Numbered from the stretch's first letter, positions 1-13,513 are shown. The stretch is 64,000 bases of DNA from Octopus sinensis (GCF_006345805.1 NC_043016.1:15438001-15502000); one strand, 5' to 3'. A program made the numbers and translations. Notes: generated from the letters alone by a model not told the origin.

Positions 1-27
1 CACACCTATGCCTATATATATATATAT

Positions 28-69
<42 letters not shown>

Positions 70-437
70 GTTTCAGTCATTTGACTGCGGCCATGCTGGA
101 GCACCGCCTTTAGTCGAGCAAATCGACCCCGAGACTTATTTTTTATAAGCCCAGTACTTATTATATCGGTCTCTTTTGCCGAACCGCTAAGTGACGGGGA
201 CGTAAACACACACCAGCATCGGTTGTCAAGCAATGCTAGGGGACAAACACACACACACTTACATTTATATATATATATATATACGACAGGCTTCTTTCAG
301 TTTCCGTCTACCAAATCCACTCACAAGGCATTGGTCGGCCCGGGGCTATAGCAGAAGACACTTGCCCAAGATGCCACGCAGTGGGATTGAACCCAGAACC
401 ATGTGGTTGGTTAGCAAGCTACTTACCACACAGCCAC
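28..437 (-). mobile_element. tRNA-derived SINE, long family A, copy 1
   Basis: Reverse complement of the family (head GTGGCTGTGTGG, B-box-like GGTTCAATCCC, internal (TA/TG)n, tail CAGTC-AAAT-GACTG-AAACAAG); poly(T) at 28-65 is the A-tail. Confidence 0.9.
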
Positions 438-703
438 ATATATAATCCCAAACAAGTTGTCAGTGAAAACCATGCTTTGGGTGGGGGGGGGGGTTGTGAC
501 AAAGAGGGGGAAACACCTATTCCAACAAATATTTATATTTTGAAATGCATCCAACCAATAGAATGAGTGAAAAAGTTCTAGATTCTATGAACTTAGGCCT
601 ACATAAATCTATTCCTATTATTACCACTTAAAAAATGAAAGAAAGGATTTAAATCAAAATATATTTATGAAAACGAAAATAAGAAAAAGAGAGAAAATAT
701 TAC

Positions 704-964
704 CTGTTGATGAAATTCATCATAATTTATCAAAGGTCCCGAGAAGCATAAAGGCAAATAAATGGTATAACAAAGCAGATCACAGAAATCAAAACCATTC
801 CTACGATTTTCACCATCTTCATGGACATGTTTCTTTTTCCATTTTACAGAATCACAATATTCCAGGCAAAAACTTGTGTAACGAATGTTACATAAGGACA
901 TGATAATCATCAGAAAATAGTAATGAAGATCCAGCTCTGGTGTCCAAGGAAACAAAGTGGTTTG
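704..964 (-). CDS. HHAT: HHAT-like coding exon 5 (gene continues beyond window start)
   Basis: Acceptor catctttcag, donor gtaata; 261 nt, phase 0/0. Contains NIRYTSFCLE and CYTIYLPLCFSGPLINYDEF, the MBOAT Y.FY.P....GP...F..F motif. Confidence 0.93.
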
Positions 965-1036
965 CTGAAAGATGTTTGAAATGTACATGAGATGAGTGTA
1001 AAATTTTAATTTTGAATTAAGATATATAAATAACAC

Positions 1037-1139
1037 ATTATCGTTATTATTATTATTATTATTTTATTATTATTATCATTATTATTATGATTATTATTAT
1101 TATTATTATGATTATTATTATTATTATTATTATTATTAT
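1037..1139. repeat. (ATT)n microsatellite
   Basis: Direct observation. Confidence 0.97.
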
Positions 1140-1149
1140 AAAAATTATG

Positions 1150-2630
1150 TCTAGCAAACATTCATGCAAATGGAGAATGCTGTCCCCCATCGATGTGTTC
1201 CCCCTTTCCACCCCTTCCTCACCCTTAATGTGAGCACATTGAAAAATAACTCTGGTGAGATGATTGAGATGCTAGAATTCTTTCCACCACATAGGAAAAG
1301 AACATAGGTATAAAATTTTCTGGATAGGTAATAGTGATGGGGTTGGTGCTGTGGGTGTAGTTTTTTCTGAGAAATGGGTTGACAAAGCAACTGAGGTAGT
1401 CAGACATTATACTTAAGCTTAGACTACTTTTACAAAGTGGAACAGCAACTATTATTTCTGCCTATGCTCCACAACTGGGCCTGCAAAACAGAAAGATCGA
1501 TTTTATGACACCCTTTTGCAGACTACCTCATTGACATATGACAGTGACCTTCCATTTGTGGTTGGTGGCATCATGGGCATGTTGGGCAGCATTCTGGTGG
1601 CTTCCATGGGATTCACAGGAGCTATGGCGTAAGTTCCCACAATGAAGAGAGAACTAGGCTACTGGAGTTCTGTGATGCAAATTACCTCATTATCAGGAAA
1701 CTAATGCTAACTTCAGGAAACCAGCCAGTCACCTATCAATCTGGTGGCCACACAAGCTAGATTGATTACATTCTCACCAGAAAATGGAAAGATGGTTACT
1801 TATAAATGCAAAGATCTTCCCAGGAGAAGAGTGCACTCCTCAACAAAAGTTAGTCATTAGTGACTTCAGACTCTGGAGTAGAAGGTTGCCAAAAAGACAA
1901 TAGTCTGGAAAAGAAAGATCTGGAAGCTTAAGAATCTGAATAGTCAGAGATTAAGAGATGTTCAACTTGAAGCATTTGACAAGAAGGAGGATGAACAAAG
2001 TAACACATAACATAGAGGACAACTGGAGGTTCCTAAGGGACATCTTACTGACCAAATTTGTGACTGGTGCAAAGTCCTAACCAGACCCAAGGTGAAATTG
2101 TGGTGCACCAGGGAAGTAGATAGAAAGACAGTAGGGCAAAGAAAGAGATATGGAAGGACTGGAAGAATGGTGGTAGCAGAGAAATATGTATATTATGTTG
2201 CTAGAAGGGAAGCTAAGAGAGAGGTATACTCAACCAGTGGAGAAACAGAAAGGAAGCAGTTTGCCAAGGTTCTGCAGTATGAAGACCAGAGGCTTGAAGT
2301 GTTTTGGATTGCAATATAGTATGTCAGAGAAAATCATGATGTTGTAGGAGAGAAATGTGTTCACATTGATGATGGCTCACTTGCAGTGAGTGATTCTGCA
2401 GAGAAAGAGATTTGGAAATGCCACTATGAAAGGCTGTTAAAGTAGAGGATTCTTGGATGAAGGAAAGTCTGCCTAATGTGGACAGAACAGAGGGACCAGC
2501 TGTCTGAATGGACAGTAGCTTGATAGATAAAACAATTAAGTTTATGAAGACAGGGAAAGCCCCTGGCCCATCAGGAATCACCACTGATGTGCTTAAAATA
2601 TCTGGCAAAGTCACAGAGTTAATCAGGTTA
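1150..2630 (+). mobile_element. Decayed RTE LINE fragment (APE endonuclease to start of RT)
   Basis: Broken frames with YKIFW, EKWVD, ISAYAPQ, IDYILTR and GKAPGPSGIT motifs; homologous to 47020-48400. Confidence 0.85.
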
Positions 2631-3055
2631 TCCATGAAATTTTTACAAACAGTTTGCTCTAATTACTGATTTGATTACAACATAAAGAACTAATAATTAT
2701 GAGGTAGTAATTATTAATCAGCATTGAATTTTGATGTAAGCACAACGAATTAGATTTATAGGAAAGGAGATATGAGAATAAGTGATATATCAAGTTTTTT
2801 TCAAAGACACAATCCTTGTATTATTTGCTGATTTTAGCTTTTAGACTGGCACCATGCAGGGGCTTATTTTTAGTCAGTTATAGTAACTCCAGCATTTTGT
2901 TTGATACTTGTTCTATCAATTTCTGTCTATCAAATGAATAAATCCACCTAAGGGATGACACTTGGCTGACCATACACCAAAAGTTACCTTTTATTCAATG
3001 GTCTAATTTAGTGGTTATCTCCTCATTAATACACACACACACACACATATATATA

Positions 3056-4030
3056 TACGAGCAAAATGCCCCCTGTCCAATGGACAATGCTGAGTTGTCA
3101 AACATTTAAACCATATTTTCTCAAAACAACTTGTCCGACCGTCCCGTAGGTCTTCCCTTTGAGAAACATGATTTAACTTAAATTTGAGACACCAGCAAAA
3201 GAAGAAATGAAGATAGATTTTTTTTTCTATTCCAAAGAAAAACGATTTTATTCACACAAATATGCAACCAAAGAGTTTAACCCTTTAGTGTTCAGATTAT
3301 TCTATCAAACATAATGCTTATTGATTCCCATTGATTTTAATTAATCATGCATTATCTCATATCTTCAAGAGCTTCATGGTGTAATTACTTAATGTAGAAT
3401 AACATTGTAGGGTAGGTGTGAGAGCCTGGATCTGGTCAATGGCCAGTTTAAATACTAAAGGGTTAAAGTACCAGTAATGATAAGGCTATTGACTGGGAGA
3501 ACACAAACATGGCTTAAACAGTAAGCTTGGCAGGAAAGAAACGTGCCTTTAAGCAGTACAAAAACAACAAAAAATTGAAGGTGCAGTTATGTACAGGTTG
3601 ACGGAAGAAAAGCAGGACAAAAACGATGCATGCAAATGGGTTAGCTGGAGGTAAATCTAGACGAAAAAGCATGATGAATTTATGAGAACATACCTGGGAC
3701 AACAATAAGTTTATCCGATAAAACATGTAGGAAAACAACTTGGGGCGATTTTTGATGAAAAGCAACAACCTTTGGAACTAAGTAACTAATTTTAAGCTAA
3801 CTTACTTTACGGGATGTTCAAGGGCATGGAAAAGCTAGTGGCAACAGCTGATGTACTTACACATACAAATGCATGTTCCCACGGCTTTATCGATCGCATT
3901 CTCACCTGGAATATGTATGTAGATACCGTCGGTATCTACATATCAAATTTGAGCGCAATCGGATGGAGGATGCCTGAGATCCTAGAAGACACACACACAG
4001 ACAGACAGAACGGATTTTATATAATAGATA
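3056..4030 (+). mobile_element. Probable Helentron-associated (HINE/DINE-1-like) element with nested MITE
   Basis: 3' block ATCAAATTTGAGCGCAATCGG...(ACAG)n...TTTTATATAATAGAT; short 5' hairpin TGTCCA-A-TGGACA; internal 27-bp palindrome. 5' boundary uncertain. Confidence 0.45.
3281..3462. mobile_element. piggyBac-type MITE family 1
   Basis: TTAA TSD both sides; TIR CCCTTTAGT. Confidence 0.85.
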
Positions 4031-4540
4031 TATGATGAAATTCCATTCAGTTTGCATCAACCAAATTTCACTCAACCCCTAACTGTAGCAGATGACACTT
4101 GCTCAAAATTTTATGCAGAGTAATTGAATCTAAAGCTACATGGTTTCAAAGCCAAAGTCTTAACTATAGCAATGCCTATACTCTAAGGTAAATATTTCTA
4201 AGATAAAACAATTAATATTCATTATATTATATTCTACTTTTAAAATATTATTGATAAGAGGGGAAAAAAATATAAGTTGCATACTTGATATTTGAGCTGT
4301 GATTGCCAGAGAAAGGGCAAGATCACTTTCATAGAACTTGATAAGAAAAATTTGTAATTACAAAATCAAGAACGATAGGGTCAAGATGTATAGTTTTACT
4401 TTCTAATTTTAATACTGTCATACAACCGAAACACATAAATCATTCCACAAGATATTTTTCGGTCATATATGTTTTCCAAACCTAATACATTGTTTAAAAT
4501 AGAGATGTTATCATAATACTCAGACAATACAAATACTTAC

Positions 4541-4735
4541 CAGAAAAACAACACTGATATCAAAATTCAGCATTGAAAGGAATGATATAGAGATAATCCA
4601 TATTAAAACCTTTGAACCAGTCATTGATGCCAAATAGCAAAAACCACATTGTAGTACCAACAATGCCAAAGGTTTCCAACCAAGTAAGTATGTCAAACAG
4701 AGTAAAGAATAAAACGCAAAAAAATATTTCCGCAT
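4541..4735 (-). CDS. HHAT: HHAT-like coding exon 4
   Basis: Acceptor tttattttcag, donor gtaagt; 195 nt, phase 0/0. MRKYFFAFYSLLCLTYLLGWKPLALLVLQCGFCYLASMTGSKVLIWIISISFLSMLNFDISVVFL, hydrophobic TM segments. Confidence 0.92.
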
Positions 4736-4794
4736 CTGAAAATAAACAAAGAAGGAACAGAATTAAATTTCTTGTTTTGAAAGGTTTATTGGTG

Positions 4795-5011
4795 CAAGGG
4801 GGTGCTGAAAAGTTCCTGGCTTTAAGGGTCTAGCGAAAGGCCTAGTTGGAGGCCAATCTTCAGAGTTCTTTTACAGGGCTTAGGAAAACTGAAGAACCTC
4901 TGCAATAAGTGTTTGAATCTGAAAGGGGAATATGCTGAATAATCTTTATTATTGACTGATCCTCCTGTATTTTCTTTTACCCAAAGCCAGGAAATTCTCA
5001 ACACCTAATTG
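4795..5011. mobile_element. Mariner-type MITE
   Basis: Imperfect TIRs CAAGGGGGTGCTGAAAAGTTCCTGGCTTT / rc CAATTAGGTGTTGAGAATTTCCTGGCTTT; TA at right end; internal KCLNLKGEY remnant. Confidence 0.7.
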
Positions 5012-5399
5012 TACAAATAGAAAAGGATTAGAACTTTTTGCATACCATCAAACCATGTGTGCTGAAAAGAGAATTGGACAAAGCCAAGATAAATATCAAT
5101 ATTGTTTTTTTCAAATGTAAGCAAGGGCAACAGATTGACAGAATCCTTTGAAGAACGGGTAAAATAAACTGCAGCTTTTTATTCTGACTCCTTATATTTC
5201 GAATTCGAATTTTACTGAGCTTAGTTTTTGCCTTTCATCCTTCCAGTGTTTATAAAATAAAGTGGCAGCCATGGGGTCAATTTAATTTGCTGCTGGTCTG
5301 TGTCATGTAACAGGTTAGCAAAACAGAGCAGAGCCCAAACCACTAACTGATAACAGGTAAAAGGACACATTGGTTGGAATATACTAACAACACAACAAT

Positions 5400-5600
5400 A
5401 TTCCTTTCTATTATAAACACAAGGCCTGAAATTTCGGGGGAGAGGGCCAGTCAATTAGATCAATCCGGTACTTAATTTATCGACCCCGAAAGGATGAAAG
5501 GCAAAGTTGACCATGGCAGAATCTGAACTCAGAACATAGCGGCAGACAAAATACTGTGAAGCATTTTGCCCAGCGTGCTAGCAATTCTGCCAGCTTGTCA
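5400..5600 (-). mobile_element. SINE family B (GCCTTTCATCCTTTCGGGGTCGATAAATTAAGTACC core)
   Basis: Core shared with 22653-22900 and 28962-29346; tRNA-like head on the minus strand. Confidence 0.8.
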
Positions 5601-6710
5601 GCTTGTCTATCTGTGACACCTTATCTATCTGTAACACCTTGTATGACTACCAAAACACACACACACGCATATACGTGCATGCACATGTGCAGATACTTTC
5701 TCTAAAAGCAGACCCCATTGAAAGGAAAAACACCTAAGGAAAAGATATCTCTAATTAATAGCATTCTTCATTTTAGACCCAGTGCACTTTATATAGGTAC
5801 AACCAGTGCAGAAAATGTATAAACGAAGCAAAGATCATCTACTTTAAAATAAACATATAAAGATCCAGTTAGTGAAGGAAACCATATATAGTTACTTGAT
5901 TTGCTAGACATAGCAGACAAATATTCATCAAACTACATCTTCCTAAGGTAAAAAATTTTTAGAAAGCCATATTGGATAATATAATCTTCAAAACATTGTC
6001 TGAAATTTATTCTGGAACGCTTTCATCAGAGATCTGCTAAATAAGGGCAAACAAGGTTTTAAACAACAACAACAACAACAACATACAGAGTTATGAAACA
6101 AGAGGCATATATTTACTGCAAAACACAGTATACTGTTTCAGAATTCTATTTTATTCCAGTGCTGAAAAGTCAATCAAATTTCAGTTGCAATGATTTATAT
6201 TTGCCAACACATATTCATATCCTAATCAACAATACAAATTAAGCAATGATAATTCCCTTTAAAGTGGAAAGAAAAAAGCCACTGACAGTTAAATATCAAT
6301 GTCCACTGACGTCATTCACCCCCAGAAAGGTTCATTTTACTTGGTTTGAGGTACACAGAGCTTTCAAACATTCAATGTCTTGAAGGGACATTTCCCTGGA
6401 TGAAATAACCCCGCAGCTAATAATCGTATATAAACAAAACACATACAATAAGTATTTGACATCAGAAATGTTTGCCTTATTAAAGTTGCTTCTAATTCAA
6501 AATCTAATTTTGTTCTCCTTTACTTTTCTTCCAAAGACCAAAGGTGTATTGTCCCTTCCTTCAAACCTCGGAAGTAAAATTTCAAAAGAAACATAATAAG
6601 AAACATAATAAGATGTAATAAATTGTAAATTTATTACAATTTAACCTAGATGCATAAAAAACTCAGTTAACCATAACAGGAACTGGATACCAAACAGTTC
6701 AGTAATTATA

Positions 6711-7435
6711 TAGGATGTCCCAAAAGTCACTGACGGATTACTATTTTCAATAACTTCCTTAACTTTACAAATAAATGCATGAAATTTTGATACAATATAA
6801 AGGACATAATGGAAATTAATACGCACAAGTCAAATTTTGCAACACCACTACATCACATACACGCCCGTGCTCTTTCCATAACTTGCACCATAACACCCTC
6901 AAGAGTTTCAGACCCCACTTCTCTGATTTCTCCTTCAGTTGCACCAGGGTCTCCGGTTTGTTGACATAGACCCTCTCCTCTTTCAGGCCAGTTGACATTG
7001 CCATAGCAAGAGATTATTCTCTCTCTCCAAAGCACTGCTATAACAACTGCATTGTTTCTCTTGTGGTATGAGCAATTGCCCCATCTGGCTGGAACCATGT
7101 CTGATGTCTACTTTGTATGGCTGGGCATAAAAGAGGTCTCAATCATGGATTCCTTAAAGAGAGGGTTTATGTCAAGAAACCAGAGACCCTGGTGCAACTG
7201 AAGAACATCAATAGAGAAATCAGAGAAGTGGGGTCTGAAACTCTTGAGGATGTTATGGTGCAAGTTTTGGAAAGAGCACATGTGTGTATGTGATGTAGTG
7301 GTGTTGCAAAATTTGATTTGTGCATATTAATTTCCATTATGTCCTTTATATGGTTTCAAAATTTCATGCATTTATTTGTAAGGTTAAGGAAGTTATGAAA
7401 AATTGAAACACATCAATGATTTTTGGGACCCCCTG
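6711..7435. mobile_element. Fold-back Tc1/mariner derivative (two inverted 3' halves)
   Basis: TA-flanked TIRs (C/T)AGG.(T/G)GTCCCAAAA.TCA; ~280 bp arms reverse-complementary; both carry LKERVYV.KP transposase C-terminus. Confidence 0.85.
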
Positions 7436-7599
7436 TATATTTTATTTTTTAAGAGGTGAGATGAAGAAGAAGTATTTATGACATCAGCAGAGCTTTCTAG
7501 ACTGGTGAAGCTGATACAGTTAATGATTAATTTGCACTCTTCTATACAAATACCATTAGGAAAATGTGAGTGAAAACAAATTCAACAAAAGCTGCAGTT

Positions 7600-8650
7600 C
7601 TAGAGATTCAAGATTGAGTAAAGTGCTTAATGCAATGTTTGGGGAAGGAGACATAGTTTAAAGATGGATGGTGTAGAGGAGTGAGCAGAACATCAAGTAG
7701 GTTGGTTTGCAGCTAGATGAGCATAAGCAACGTAGAGTAGAAAGGAGAAGCTGCAAAAAAAATAGTGCAGCTGTGAACCATTAAATGAAGTGGTGTCGGT
7801 GTGTTTTTGCTAATCAACTTCCTTTTGAACATTCCTTGGATAGTTCTGCATTAATAATATCTCAGATATGACAACTGAAGGTTGTACTTGAGGGTCAAGT
7901 CTGAAGTGTCTTATGGCTCCTTCTCTTTGGAATATAGTTGATATGAAGTCATAAGAAATTGCTAAAGATTGAGAGGTTTACCATTTGCAGCTACTTTGTA
8001 TGTTGTTCATGTGCAGAGAAAGTGGTTTTGAGACTGTTTAGATTTTTAACGAAACCATAATAATGGCTATAATAGCAAAGAAGGAAATGGACTGAAGGGA
8101 GTAAAAGAGTTGGTTGGTTCTGACTGGTTAATATAGTTTGGCTGTCGGTAGGACTGAAATGAGACATTGCAACAGGTTTTCATAGTCTGGAACACTTCAT
8201 TGCAAAGAGAGAAAAATAGAAATGTTTTATGAAGTTACTAGCCAGAGTTAGATCATAGTACTTGAGAGTAATGGAAGGAACAATATCAGGATCAATTCCT
8301 TGATATTGTTCTAAGAAGATCTTGTATTTGGTGATTATGCGTACATGGTGCTGAAGCAAGTAGAAGTAAGGAAAATTTGATAAGGGTTTTGTTTTATGTC
8401 TATAGTAGAAAGTTAGAAGCAAACCAGACAATCGGTGCAGTGGCTTTATATGCAGAAATGCTGCTTTCAATATCATTGTGATTGAGAAATGGCAAAGAGG
8501 AGGATTGGAAGATTTTAGTAGAAACCATCTTGGTGAAGGATCAGAAAGCCCAATTACAATATGAAAAGTCAAATAACTTGCAGACTGTGTGATCCATGAA
8601 ACCATTCTTTTGCTTTCTTAATGGCCATCTAGCAAGCACTCTGGTAAGTT
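7600..8650 (-). mobile_element. Old CR1/L2-like LINE endonuclease-region remnant
   Basis: Degenerate; resembles 26850-27400. Classification tentative. Confidence 0.4.
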
Positions 8651-8944
8651 AATGCCTGCCAGCTGTCTACGATGAGTGACTTCCTTTGTTACAAGATGGA
8701 ATTCACTTCTGATGTCATTTTCATAACTCACTTTTTTTTTACCTTCTGCCTCACCATACACATCTTTCTCCACCTGGATCTTATATTCATACTATCATTG
8801 ATCTATAAAAGTATTGCAGAGAAAGAATTTTTTTAAAATCATAATCAAGCAAGGAAAACAAATTAACTGATGAAAAATATTTATGTGACAGTATAGGGAG
8901 AAATTAATTGCAGCTGGTTCATATTTATTAATTTCTACTGATAT

Positions 8945-10395
8945 CATCATCATCATCATTTAATGTCCATTTTCAATGCTGGTATGGGTTGGACAGTTTG
9001 ACTGAAAACTGGTAAGCCGGGGAGCTGCACCAGTTCCCAATCTGATTTGACATGGTTTCTACAGCTGGATGCCCTTCCTAATGCCAACCACTCCAAAAGT
9101 GCTAGTTATGAAACACTAGCATCAGCCACAACTGTGATCTCATTTGGCCTGATAGGTCTTCTAAAGCATGGCATATGGCCAAAGGCCTCAACCACTTGTC
9201 ATTGCCTCCATGAGGCCCAAAGTTTGAAGGGTGCTTTTTATTTGTCACAGGCACAGGTGCCAGTCATGCAAAACTGGCATCAGCAACATCTATGATTTCA
9301 CTTGACAGGTCTTCTCAAGCACACCGTATCGCCCAATGTTCAAAGGGTCCTTTTTACATTCAACCAGCACAGGTGCCAGTTACACAACACTGGCATCAGC
9401 CATGACTATGATTTCACTTGGTCTGACGGGTCTTCTCAAGCATGGTGTATGACCAAAGGGCTTGGTCACTTGTCATTGCCTCTGTGAGGCCCAACATTTG
9501 AAGATCATGCTTCACTACCTCACCCCAAATCTTCCTGCATCTACCCCTTCCACAGGTTCCCTCCACACTTAGATATCAGCACTTCTTTACACTGCTGTCC
9601 TCGTCCATACACATCACATGGCCATACCAGCACAGTCGTCTCTCTCTTGCACACCACATCTGATTCCTCTTATGGCCAGTTTTTCTCTCAAAATGCTTAC
9701 ACTCAGTCATGCATGCACACTGGCATTGCACATCCAGCAAAGCATACCAGCTTCATATTTTGCAAGCCTTCACATGTCTTTGGTGGTCACAGCCCATGTT
9801 TCACTGCTATGTAGCATGGCTGTCAGCACAGGCATCATACAATCTGCCTTTCACTCTGACGGAGAAGCCCTTTGTTACCTACAGAGGTAAAAGCTCTGTG
9901 AACTTTGCCCAGCTTATGCTGATTCTAGCAGCTACACTGTTAGAGCATCCTCCTCCACTGCTGTGTTGATCACCTAGATAACAGAAGCTATCAACTACTT
10001 CTAGTTTTCACACCTGGCATTTGATGGAGTCTCTTTTCAGTATATTTTTGGTATTGATTGTATCTGTACACCTTCCCCACATAAAGACTATTTTCCTTGT
10101 TAACCTTCCTCTGATATTGCTGCATCTCTTATGTGTCCATAGCTTGCACCAGGTACACCTGATGGAGTTACTACCTATACCTTTTCTACAGATCGAGCAG
10201 AGCCATCTACCTGAAGGGATTTGTGATTTGTCTGCTCCCTTACTTACTAAGACTTTAGTTTTCACTAAATTAACTCTAAAGCACTTTGATTCTAGACCTT
10301 GCTTCCACACCTGAAATTTCTTCTCTAATTCTGATAGTGATTTGGCTACAAGAACAATTCGGCTATAAACCAAGATAATAACACTAACATACATG
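8945..10395 (-). mobile_element. 5'-truncated RTE LINE with (GAT)n tail
   Basis: ORF 10008-10394 with ELEKKFQVWKQGLESK and C-x2-C motifs; 3' UTR and ATC repeat at 8945. Confidence 0.88.
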
Positions 10396-10619
10396 CATTC
10401 TACTCAGCTGTAAATTGTTACCATAGAGAGTTTACCATTGTGAACAGCAGAAGATTATAAAATCGATATCTCTTTAGCTTTCAATACAAAGCCCAACTCT
10501 TCAAATAGGCTTGATTTAGAAAAGTATAGACTCTACAATGTAGACTTAAGCACTACATGAAACCAAAAACATTTGAGCTTTCCTAAATGTTAAGAGTTAC
10601 CATGAAGCAGAAAATAATC

Positions 10620-11690
10620 TTCTTCTTTGTGTCTAGAAGCATTTGCATTCAAGGATCTCCAATCCCTCCTGACTCACACACAACTTGGGAAGTTATTGAG
10701 TTGGTATTTCAGTAGGCTGATGGTAAGGACATCAATGCAGAGAAAACCAGGAAACGGAAACAACTTTCTCTCACTAAGGACAACCGTATGGCTGCAAATA
10801 TGGAACATCAGGATCATGTTTGAAACCAGATAAACAACTCAGCTGTTGAGATGAAGCTCTATACAAGCTTGCAGTCAAAGGTCTCTGTGAGATGAGATGG
10901 CTGGAATTAGGACAAATGCACCTGACTACAGTAAAATGGGTGGAAATGAAAACAACATGGAATGATGCATGTAAAGAGATTTTGGGGAAGAGAACCAAAC
11001 AACACAAGGGTTAAATCTGAACAGAGATTCTACAGAAGAGGAATTTCAACCGTGTTTCGTGGTCTGCTACCACAACAGCTCCTTTATAGGATCCACTTAG
11101 CTCAAGACATCATCAGGAGGAACCACGTCCGGTTTCAGCCCCTACTCCTCACTGTTTTGACATGGCAGGACCCCACTCCCTTTCGGAGGTGTCTTCAGCT
11201 CTGGTGTTGGGTGCATGTCTTCTTTCTTCTTCTTTCTTCTGTTCCATAGCCTTTTCAATGTAGCATCAATGAGTGTCAGTGGGCGAATGACTGTCTTGTC
11301 AAATTCCCCTTTAAATACCTGCCGCTAGGCTCCAGCAGGCAGCCCCAGCAAGTTGTCACGTGACACAGTCTCAACTTCCACAGAAAGAAGAAATTCAAAC
11401 TCAACAACTGCAAAATCAGAGCAAGCAAAGCACAGAAACAGATGAAGTAAACCATAGTCAATGAGAGTGCAAAGTGGAATGAGAGAAACTATGTAGAAGG
11501 TCTTGTAGAAAAGGTGGAAGAAGATGTGGCCCAGAGAAAGCTGAAAGAATTCTTGACAAGGGACTTTCAGCACTAAGAGGCATTCAGGAAATCAGTGAGT
11601 CACATCCTAAGCAGTCAAAATCAAGGATAGAAACACTCATGCAAACAAGAGCAGTTGGAGAGATGGAAGGAAACTTTTGAAGAGCTTCTC
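10620..11690 (+). mobile_element. Rearranged RTE-X/SR2-like LINE remnant
   Basis: IWNIRIMFET and GLCEMRW endonuclease motifs; internal unrelated insert about 10985-11250. Confidence 0.55.
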
Positions 11691-12413
11691 TCTCTCTCAC
11701 ACACACACACATACATTAATCAAATATACAGTGCAGCTGAATTTTGAATTGTTACTACATTTCACCTCCAATTTTCAACGAATGGATGAAGAGAAACACA
11801 TTAGAAATAGTTTCTTGACATGGACTGAATGCAGTGACAGCTGCATGTAACAGTATAGAGGCCAGCAACTTCAGGTGGTTGCCTCATATCTTACAGGCTC
11901 ACTCATTTGTGCCTTTAACCAATTTACAACTTTTCAATGGTGCAGCAAACCCACAATTCAAACCTTATTCTTCCTTTCACAATATTATTTCACAGTATTT
12001 TCCTTCATAATTATGACCTAAAAAGCACAACTTTATCACGCAAATTACAGTTTGCCTTTTCAATAAAATATTCCACCATCAGAACTCAAAAATGACAAAG
12101 ACAGCTACAAGAAATGCAATTCCTCTCTCATAAATTTCTATTGGAATTAACCAACTTAAAAATTGTCCATTAGTTTTTAGCAAATTACTTTGTTAAACTA
12201 CGTATGTCATGGAAATATACAGTTCCAAGTTTCAATTAATCTCAAAGATAACCAAGAATATAAAAGTATTTAATAGAATACCAAACATATTCATTACTTA
12301 GTACAAATAAAGCTGTTGCTTGGAACATAATCAGAAAAGTTTTTATCCAAATTGAAGATGGAAGGTTTTAATCTAAAATATGATCATTTTATTATCAGAA
12401 AGTCTTACATTAA

Positions 12414-12633
12414 CCCTTTTGTTACCAGATTTCTGTTGAGATGCTTTATGTTTCTTTCAATTACTTTAAATATAACAAAGAATTTAGTAAAATCACTTAG
12501 TTATCACTAAGTTGGTATTAGGAACATAAATTGTGACTAAGGTTTGGTGGAAGATTTTAATTCAAAATTCATGAAAACAAAACATTTGTACTCAGAGCCA
12601 GAGGCGGTTTCAACCAGGTTGGTAACAAAAGGG
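12414..12633. mobile_element. piggyBac-type MITE family 2
   Basis: TTAA TSD both sides; perfect 14-bp TIR CCCTTTTGTTACCA. Confidence 0.9.
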
Positions 12634-13092
12634 TTAAAGAACTAGACTTCAGGCAGATTGGCAATATTCTATTTTTATATTACAATGTATGAATTAAAAC
12701 TTCTCAGTATGTTACTAATATAAGTTGATGTTCACTTGTAATTTGATAAGCTACAGGACTGTCTGCTTGAAATAAATTGCAAACAAATCTCTTTCATCTA
12801 GGTCTTTAGTTTTGTTGTGTAATGATCAAAGAATTAAATAGTATGCAGTTCTTTAAGGTGTGTAAAGCACTGATTTGTTATGTCAACTAAAACTATTTAA
12901 CTTTCAAGTTTTCATGCCCATAGCATATGTAAGCAGTAGCATGGTTTGAAATGGAATAGGAGAAATATAGTTTTAGAAAGTGCTCAGTTCATAATTTGAG
13001 TTTAGAAAGAATCCTAACCTTATTTTTTTATTTTACACTAAAACAATATTTTTGCCTATCTACACATTTTTTTTTTTAAATAAAATTACTAA

Positions 13093-13251
13093 GCGGAGTG
13101 GCTGTGTGGTAAGTAGCTTGTTTACCAACCACATGGTTCTGGGCTCAGTCCCACTGTGTGGCACCTTGGGCAAGTGTCTTCTGCTATAGCCTCGGGCCGA
13201 CCAATGGCTTGTGAGTGGATCTGGTAGACGGAAACTGAAAGAAGCCTGTCG

Positions 13252-13310
<59 letters not shown>

Positions 13311-13513
13311 TTGTGTGTCGGTGTTTGTCCCCAACATCGCTTGACAACCGATGCTAGTGTGTTTACGTCCCCATCACTTAGCGGTTCGGCAAAAAAGACC
13401 GATAGAATAAGTACTGGGCTTACAAAGAATAAGTTCCGGGGTCGATTTGCTCGACTAAAGGCGGTGCTCCAGCATGGCCGCAGTCAAATGACTGAAACAA
13501 GTAAAAGAGTAAA
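13093..13513 (+). mobile_element. tRNA-derived SINE family A, copy 2
   Basis: GGAGTGGCTGTGTGGTAAG head, GGCTCAGTCCC B-box-like, internal microsatellite, GTAAAAGAG tail; closely similar to other copies. Confidence 0.9.

Noticed and set aside
11035-11115. Hammerhead-like CTGATGA...GAAAC on the minus strand
   Set aside because: Core spacing and cleavage triplet do not fit; stems are inconsistent. At best a decayed relic.
13093-13160. tRNA-like A/B boxes
   Set aside because: SINE heads; no complete cloverleaf, so no tRNA gene called.
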